In this document: piece by piece, positions 26,928 to 32,000 of the stretch | Layout: each line of letters begins with the position of its first letter | Numbering within the stretch: the first letter of the stretch is position 1 | Assembly (NCBI RefSeq): GCF_900187275.1 | Contig: NZ_LT906458.1 | Coordinates: forward strand, 1 to 32,000 | Length of the DNA: 32,000 nucleotides | Reading direction: 5' to 3' | Source: Pasteurella multocida | GTDB lineage: Bacteria > Pseudomonadota > Gammaproteobacteria > Enterobacterales > Pasteurellaceae | The notes under the pieces: generated by a model | Told to the model about the DNA's origin: nothing | The model's database searches: none | The model's input: only the letters and a program-made list of their open reading frames with translations | Program-made: the position numbers and the translations under genes

Positions 26928-27221
26928 ATGACTGTGCAAACGGAAGTCCTTTTTAGTAATAATTGGAATGTTAGAATCAGCGATCCGGGCGAAGAAGGGG
27001 CACATAGCCATTTCTTTGAAACTATTTATATTACCTTAGTCGCCCATATTGATGGTTCGAATATTTCTTATGAATTTACAAGAAAGGTCGAAGAACAAGT
27101 TAAAATTCACCGCACTTTTACTGATTTAAGTGAGCTTTTCAAATTCCTTGGTGATTACCTTGACCCTGTTAGCATGGGATTTTTAGGGATTAAAATTGGG
27201 AATTTGGGTGTTAAAGCCTAA
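26928..27221 (+). CDS. hypothetical protein (97 aa, no recognisable family)
   Basis: Intact ORF with SD GAGG (26917-26920) 7 nt upstream of the ATG. Followed by a strong terminator. No TM segment or signal peptide, and no motif I recognise. Confidence 0.55.
   Translation: MTVQTEVLFSNNWNVRISDPGEEGAHSHFFETIYITLVAHIDGSNISYEFTRKVEEQVKIHRTFTDLSELFKFLGDYLDPVSMGFLGIKIGNLGVKA
27109..27117 (-). repeat. Hin-type USS core (ACCGCACTT on + strand)
   Basis: Exact 9-mer inside the 97-aa ORF. Confidence 0.85.
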
Positions 27222-27230
27222 ATACAGTAT

Positions 27231-27261
27231 AAAAAAACGCAATCTTACGATTGCGTTTTTT
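27231..27261. terminator. bidirectional rho-independent terminator (97-aa ORF / argH)
   Basis: A7, stem ACGCAATC (27237-27244) / GATTGCGT (27249-27256), loop TTAC, then a T-run to 27261. Confidence 0.8.
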
Positions 27262-27271
27262 GTTACTCAGC

Positions 27272-28645
27272 TTAACTGAGCCTTGCTTTCGCTTCAGCGA
27301 TGGCTTCTGCAACACGAAGTGGTGATACGCCACCTTTGGCACAGCGTTTATCTAAACAAGATTGCAGAGATAGGATCTGATACACATCTTCTTCGACAAC
27401 ATCACTAAATTGTTTAAATTCAGCAACGCTGAGTGCTTCAAGCGCTTTGTGCTGTTGGATGGCATAAACAACGGTTTCGCCCACAATATGGTGAGAGTCA
27501 CGGAATGGTACGCCTTTGGCGACCAAATAGTCGGCCAGTTCAGTGGCATTGGAATAACCTTTTAAAGCGGCTTCTTTGGTACGTTCTACATTGACTTGAA
27601 TGCCGTCTAACACAAGAGCCGCCATGTCGATACAGTCTTGCCAAGTATCTAGGGCATCAAAAATCCCTTCTTTGTCTTCTTGCATATCTTTATTATAGGC
27701 AAGGGGTAAACCTTTTAAGGTCATCAGCATGCCTGTTAAGGCACCCATTACACGACCTGCTTTACCTCGAATTAATTCACAAGCATCGGGGTTTTTTTTC
27801 TGTGGCATCAAGGAAGAACCAGAAGTCACGCGATCGGAAAGTTCTACGAAGTTAGATTCACCACTGTTAAAAATGATCATATCTTCCGCAAAACGTGAAA
27901 GATGTGCCATGCTTAGTGAGGCAGTAGAAAGCAGTTCGACGATATGATCGCGGTCTGACACACTGTCTAAACTGTTGCGTGTAGCAACGTCAAAGCCGAG
28001 ATCGAGGGCTAACTGTTCACGATCAATCGCGTAAGCGGTGCCAGCGAGGGCACCACTGCCGAGTGGGCAGCTATTCATGCGTTGGTAAGCATCGGTTAAA
28101 CGGGAATAATCACGATCAAGCATTTCCACATAAGCCATGCACCAATGGGCAAAAGTAATCGGCTGAGCTCGTTGTAAGTGTGTATAACCCGGCATCACCG
28201 CACGTTGGTTATTTTCGGCTGTTTCGACAAGTTTGCATTGTAAGGTGTGAAGCGAGGATTGCAGTTCAATCACACGTTGTTTACACCACATCTTAATGTC
28301 CAGTGCAACCTGATCATTACGGCTACGTCCCGTGTGTAATTTTTTACCTAAATTCCCGACTTTATCGATTAATTTACTTTCGACCCAGCTGTGAATATCT
28401 TCCGCATCATCTTGCAAAATCGCTTGTGGATTTGATCGCACTTCAATTAAGAGAGTATTCAGTGCACTTTCTAACTGTTGTTGCTCCTGCACGGTCAATA
28501 CTCCAACGCTGACTAAAGCTTTTGACCAGCCAATGGAACCTTCAATATCTTGTTCTGCGAGACGATAATCGAAACGTAATGAGTCATTAAAATCTTTAAA
28601 ACGCTTATCTGCGGCTTGTGTAAAACGTCCACCCCAAAGTGCCAT
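27272..28645 (-). CDS. argH: argininosuccinate lyase
   Basis: 457 aa. [30 protein letters not shown]-terminus and fumarate-lyase signature [12 protein letters not shown]. Confidence 0.97.
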   Translation of the reverse strand: MALWGGRFTQAADKRFKDFNDSLRFDYRLAEQDIEGSIGWSKALVSVGVLTVQEQQQLESALNTLLIEVRSNPQAILQDDAEDIHSWVESKLIDKVGNLGKKLHTGRSRNDQVALDIKMWCKQRVIELQSSLHTLQCKLVETAENNQRAVMPGYTHLQRAQPITFAHWCMAYVEMLDRDYSRLTDAYQRMNSCPLGSGALAGTAYAIDREQLALDLGFDVATRNSLDSVSDRDHIVELLSTASLSMAHLSRFAEDMIIFNSGESNFVELSDRVTSGSSLMPQKKNPDACELIRGKAGRVMGALTGMLMTLKGLPLAYNKDMQEDKEGIFDALDTWQDCIDMAALVLDGIQVNVERTKEAALKGYSNATELADYLVAKGVPFRDSHHIVGETVVYAIQQHKALEALSVAEFKQFSDVVEEDVYQILSLQSCLDKRCAKGGVSPLRVAEAIAEAKARLS

Positions 28646-28660
28646 AACATCCTCTTATTT

Positions 28661-29434
28661 TTATGGTTTAATTCTTGTGCCAATGATTTCACCTGCAAAA
28701 AGTGCGGTGAGTTTTTCTGGATATTTCCAATTGGCGATATCGACGCCCTGATTTAACATTTTAGCAGCGTCTAATGCGGCATTCACCTTGACAACCATAC
28801 CATCGGTAATGACGTTGTCTTTAATTAATTGTTCAATTTGCGCACCATTTAATTCTGGTAAGCGCTGTTTGTTGGCATCCAATACGCCATCGACGTCAGA
28901 TAACATGACTAAATCGGCTTGGATGAGCGCGGCGATAGCTGTGGCAGCTTGATCTGCATTCACATTCATTAATAAGCCCTGTTTATCGACCGCAATTGAG
29001 CTAATAATAGGCAAGAATGCCTCACCAAGCAAATTGTTTAATAATGCGGGATTTTTAGGAACCACAGTCGCCACATGTCCAAGTTCTGGATCTAATTGCG
29101 TTGCATAGGTTAAATTCCCGTCTGCCAAACATAGTCCGACGGGATTTAAATGAAATTTGGCGGCTTGTGCAACTAAAGTTTTATTGGCAATGCCGGCTAA
29201 CGCACCCGTAATAATCTCAATGTGATCACTTGGCGTGACACGCAAACCATTTTTCTTTTGTACTGGCAAATGTAAACGTTGCATCAACTCATCAACAATA
29301 CAGCCACCACCGTGCACAATGACCAACGGGCGATCAAAGTTTTGTTGGTAATTTGCTAACGCCGTAAATAAATTTTCCATTGCTGCAGGTGTATCAAGTA
29401 AGACACCACCTAATTTAATCACTAAAGGTTTCAT
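28661..29434 (-). CDS. argB: acetylglutamate kinase
   Basis: 257 aa. [18 protein letters not shown], and an amino-acid kinase fold. Lies between argC and argH. Confidence 0.96.
   Translation of the reverse strand: MKPLVIKLGGVLLDTPAAMENLFTALANYQQNFDRPLVIVHGGGCIVDELMQRLHLPVQKKNGLRVTPSDHIEIITGALAGIANKTLVAQAAKFHLNPVGLCLADGNLTYATQLDPELGHVATVVPKNPALLNNLLGEAFLPIISSIAVDKQGLLMNVNADQAATAIAALIQADLVMLSDVDGVLDANKQRLPELNGAQIEQLIKDNVITDGMVVKVNAALDAAKMLNQGVDIANWKYPEKLTALFAGEIIGTRIKP
28700..28708 (+). repeat. Hin-type USS core AAGTGCGGT
   Basis: Exact 9-mer inside argB. Confidence 0.85.
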
Positions 29435-30442
29435 TTAAAGTAATCCTAATGTTTCAGTCAAACCATAACGAATGTTAGCACATTGTACTGCCTGGGCTGC
29501 CGCCCCTTTTAATAAGTTGTCTTCTGCGCCGATGATAATGATATGACCATTTTGAGTTGCAAAACCAATATCACAATAAGGAGTAAATTCGACGGCTTTG
29601 ATACTTGGTAAACCTTGTTCATAAACACGGACTAATGGTTTGTCAGCATAGGCGTGTTGATAAGCTACACGAATCTGTTCGTCACTCACGCCGGTTTTTA
29701 GTTTTGCTGTGATTGTCGCTAAAATACCGCGTTTAAAGTTACCTAAGTGTGGTATGAAAATGACCTCTGTCCCCAAATGGGTCGCGATTTCGGGTTGATG
29801 ACGGTGATTAAACACACCGTAAGCATTTAAACTGACTTCACAGAAACTGCTTGTTAAGGTTGCTTTGCGACCGGCACCACTAACTCCGCTGACGGCATTA
29901 ATCACGGGTAATTGGGTTAAATCTAATAAATTGTGTGCAATTAAGGGTTTAAGGCTTAATTGAGAGACGGTTGGATAACAACCCGCGACGGCCACTAAAT
30001 CCGTTTGTTTAATTTGATGTGCATTCCATTCCGCTAAACCATACACCGCTTGTGTGAGCAATTCAGGATGTTGATGCTCAAAACCATAAAACGTGCGATA
30101 AAATGCCGCATTATTCACACGAAATGCGCCAGATAAGTCAAAGACTTTGCATTGATGTTGTAAAAAAACAGGTGCAAGATCATGACTGACTTCATGGGCT
30201 GTGGCGAGGAACACGAGATCGACTTGTTGTGCGAGGGGACTTAATTGCTCTGGGAGTGGCTGTAAAGGTAAATCCACAAGATGCTTGAGTTGTGGATAAA
30301 TTTCACTCATGCATTTATTGGCATCTTGGCTTTGGCGAGAGACGTACAGTCCGGTGAGCTCAAACTTGGGGTGTTTGATTAAAATACGGGCAAGTTCAGC
30401 CCCCGTATAACCACTTGCACCAATGATAATCGCTTTTTGCAT
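29435..30442 (-). CDS. argC: N-acetyl-gamma-glutamyl-phosphate reductase
   Basis: 335 aa from the ATG at 30442 ([17 protein letters not shown], a Rossmann motif at the N-terminus). Active-site region VAVAGCYPT. The ORF-track start at 30505 is a 21-codon extension into the divergent promoter region. The stop codon abuts the argB ATG. Confidence 0.95.
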   Translation of the reverse strand: MQKAIIIGASGYTGAELARILIKHPKFELTGLYVSRQSQDANKCMSEIYPQLKHLVDLPLQPLPEQLSPLAQQVDLVFLATAHEVSHDLAPVFLQHQCKVFDLSGAFRVNNAAFYRTFYGFEHQHPELLTQAVYGLAEWNAHQIKQTDLVAVAGCYPTVSQLSLKPLIAHNLLDLTQLPVINAVSGVSGAGRKATLTSSFCEVSLNAYGVFNHRHQPEIATHLGTEVIFIPHLGNFKRGILATITAKLKTGVSDEQIRVAYQHAYADKPLVRVYEQGLPSIKAVEFTPYCDIGFATQNGHIIIIGAEDNLLKGAAAQAVQCANIRYGLTETLGLL

Positions 30443-30477
30443 ATTGTGTTGTGCCTTATAATAAGATAAATTTTTTA

Positions 30478-30516
30478 AATGACTAATTATGCTATTATTA
30501 TGCATAAATATTTAAA
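30478..30516. promoter_or_regulatory. putative tandem ARG boxes (ArgR operator) in the argC<>argE divergent region
   Basis: AATGACTAATTATGCTAT (30478-30495) and TATGCATAAATATTTAAA (30499-30516), 3 bp apart. Compared with the E. coli consensus wNTGAATwwwwATTCANw, they match 7/10 and 8/10 core positions. Confidence 0.4.
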
Positions 30517-30550
30517 AGGCAATGTCTTTCTATTTATCAAGGGAAAAACG

Positions 30551-31699
30551 ATGAAAAAAATTCCTTCTTTTTTGCAAATGTATTCCGCACTGATCGCTTC
30601 ACCAACGATGAGTAGTATTGATCCACATTTTGATCAATCTAACCGCACCTTAATTGAATTATTAGCGAATTGGCTGAGTTCCCTTGGTTTTAAAACAGAG
30701 GTTATTCCTCTAGAGGGGAGTCGTGATAAATTTAATTTATTAGCGACTTATGGTGAAGGGGAAGGCGGTTTACTCTTAGCGGGACATACAGATACTGTGC
30801 CTTTTGATGAGGGGCGTTGGCAGTTTGATCCGTTTAAACTTACTGAAAAAGACGGTAAGTTTTATGGTTTAGGCACGGCAGATATGAAAGGGTTTTTTGC
30901 TTTTGTCATTGATGCGGTAAGCCAGTTGGATTTAACGAGATTGACAAAACCCTTGCGCATTTTGGCGACGGCGGATGAAGAAACTACCATGTTAGGAGCA
31001 AGAACTTTTATTCAACATAGCCATATTCGTCCTGATTGTGCGATTATCGGTGAGCCAACATCATTAAAGCCTATTCGTGCGCATAAAGGGCATGTAGGTG
31101 AAGCGTTACGAATTACAGGAAAAAGTGGACATTCGAGCGATCCTAGCAAGGGGATTAATGCGATTGAATTAATGCACGAGGCAACGGGTTATTTAATGCA
31201 AATGCGGGATGAATTACGCCAGAAATATCATCATGCTGCATTTAATATCCCTTATCCAACGATGAATTTTGGCGCTATTTCAGGGGGAGATGCGGTGAAT
31301 CGTATTTGTGCTTGCTGTGAATTGCATTTTGATATTCGCCCTTTGCCGAATTTACGTTTAACGGATCTGAATGAAATGTTACAAGCAAAATTAGCCCCGA
31401 TGTTTGAAAAATGGGGGGATCGCATTTCGTTACAAGCTTTGCATGACCCTATTCCAGGCTATGAATGTGCGCATTCGGCACAAGTGGTGCAGGTGGTGGA
31501 AAAATTATTAGGTGAGCAATGTGAGACGGTGAACTATTGTACGGAGGCGCCTTTTATTCAACAGCTTTGTCCGACCTTGGTATTAGGTCCGGGATCCATT
31601 GAGCAGGCACATCAACCAGATGAATTTTTATCTGCTGAATTTATTGATCCAACTCGCGAGTTATTGAGCAAACTGATTGGGCAGTTTTGTACAGGCTAA
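30551..31699 (+). CDS. argE: acetylornithine deacetylase
   Basis: 382 aa from the ATG at 30551. Collinear with recalled E. coli ArgE ([89 protein letters not shown]). Confidence 0.95.
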   Translation: MKKIPSFLQMYSALIASPTMSSIDPHFDQSNRTLIELLANWLSSLGFKTEVIPLEGSRDKFNLLATYGEGEGGLLLAGHTDTVPFDEGRWQFDPFKLTEKDGKFYGLGTADMKGFFAFVIDAVSQLDLTRLTKPLRILATADEETTMLGARTFIQHSHIRPDCAIIGEPTSLKPIRAHKGHVGEALRITGKSGHSSDPSKGINAIELMHEATGYLMQMRDELRQKYHHAAFNIPYPTMNFGAISGGDAVNRICACCELHFDIRPLPNLRLTDLNEMLQAKLAPMFEKWGDRISLQALHDPIPGYECAHSAQVVQVVEKLLGEQCETVNYCTEAPFIQQLCPTLVLGPGSIEQAHQPDEFLSAEFIDPTRELLSKLIGQFCTG

Positions 31700-31719
31700 A
31701 TGCTAGATCAAGATCGAAA

Positions 31720-31728
31720 AAGTGCGGT
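31720..31728 (+). repeat. Hin-type USS core AAGTGCGGT
   Basis: Exact 9-mer in the left arm of the hairpin. Confidence 0.85.
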
Positions 31729-31755
31729 CTGTTTTAAAAAAGTTTTCTCAAACAG

Positions 31756-31764
31756 ACCGCACTT
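31756..31764 (-). repeat. Hin-type USS core (ACCGCACTT on + strand)
   Basis: Exact 9-mer in the right arm of the hairpin. Confidence 0.85.
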
Positions 31765-31784
31765 TGGATGCGTATTTTGAGTAG

Positions 31785-32000
31785 TTATTTTAATAAATCT
31801 TCATTTTTCGCATGAATCCATTTACCGCGTTTTTTATCTATATATTGGAAATATTCGTTGGTAAAGGTGCCTTGTGAACAGGTGAGCTTATCTAGACGGG
31901 AATTCACCTCTTTATTTTCTAGTGCTTTGATCAGCGTTTCGGGACCTGTTAAGCAAAATACACCGCCCTCAATCCGTTTTTGTTCAATGTTGCTAATAAT
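31785..32000 (-). CDS. C-terminal fragment of an unidentified protein (ORF runs off the window)
   Basis: Hand translation of the minus strand from 32000: IISNIEQKRIEGGVFCLTGPETLIKALENKEVNSRLDKLTCSQGTFTNEYFQYIDKKRGKWIHAKNEDLLK, then stop at 31785-31787. Open to the window edge. Not in the ORF track and no family recognised. Confidence 0.4.
   Translation of the reverse strand: MISNIEQKRIEGGVFCLTGPETLIKALENKEVNSRLDKLTCSQGTFTNEYFQYIDKKRGKWIHAKNEDLLK

Larger units (their letters stand above)
31719..31765. terminator. inverted USS pair hairpin after argE (probable bidirectional terminator)
   Basis: 16-bp perfect stem AAAGTGCGGTCTGTTT (31719-31734) / AAACAGACCGCACTTT (31750-31765) with a 15-nt loop. 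The flanking T-tracts are short. Confidence 0.55.

Noticed and set aside
30291-30299. Perfect DnaA box (TGTGGATAA) considered as a hint of oriC
   Set aside because: It is a single isolated copy inside argC. I saw no cluster of boxes or AT-rich 13-mers, and oriC is not adjacent to dnaA in this family.
1-32000. Search for CRISPR arrays, IS elements, integrases, prophage genes, toxin-antitoxin pairs, and tRNA or rRNA genes
   Set aside because: I saw no spaced direct-repeat arrays, no transposase-, integrase- or phage-like ORFs in the track, and no intergenic region with tRNA-like structure. Apart from the LPS island, every gene has a housekeeping identity.

Overview
The window starts exactly at the dnaA ATG and reads as ordinary core chromosome of a Pasteurellaceae bacterium. 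I found 14 perfect Hin-type uptake signal sequences (AAGTGCGGT) by eye. Gene order largely follows E. coli blocks: dnaA-dnaN-recF; coaBC-dut-slmA; radC-rpmBG-mutM; rpmE/priA/ftsN; argE<>argCBH. The glycosyltransferase cluster between fpg/mutM and priA, with rpmE embedded in it, matches from memory the Pasteurella multocida LPS outer-core locus (L3-like: GT9, GT25, rpmE, GT25, GT2, GT8, GT4). P. multocida or a close relative is therefore my best guess. The other content is a lone class I SAM methyltransferase, crp, yheU, a TetR-regulated RND efflux operon with a GAF-domain free-Met-R-sulfoxide reductase between the MFP and pump genes, perM, a YfgD-type arsC, arfA, and a 97-aa orphan ORF. I did not find CRISPRs, IS elements or integrases, tRNA or rRNA genes, or a defence island, and I do not see convincing evidence for a wholly new multi-gene system. 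The observations most worth a second look are: (1) the terminal GT4 gene of the LPS locus is inactivated by one in-frame TAA; (2) the LPS locus is a strongly AT-rich, USS-free island built around a normal-GC rpmE; (3) the efflux operon carries an embedded msrC and has a perfect 20-bp palindromic operator on its promoter; (4) arfA has an intragenic terminator-like hairpin (non-stop mRNA design), and the orphan ORF is laid out for translational coupling to the arfA stop codon. Several ORF-track starts are over-extended (rpmB, mutM, GT2, ftsN, TetR, MFP, msrC, arfA, argC, argE), and rpmG (56 aa) is missing from the track. All identifications rest on motifs and recalled homologue sequences; no database search was possible.
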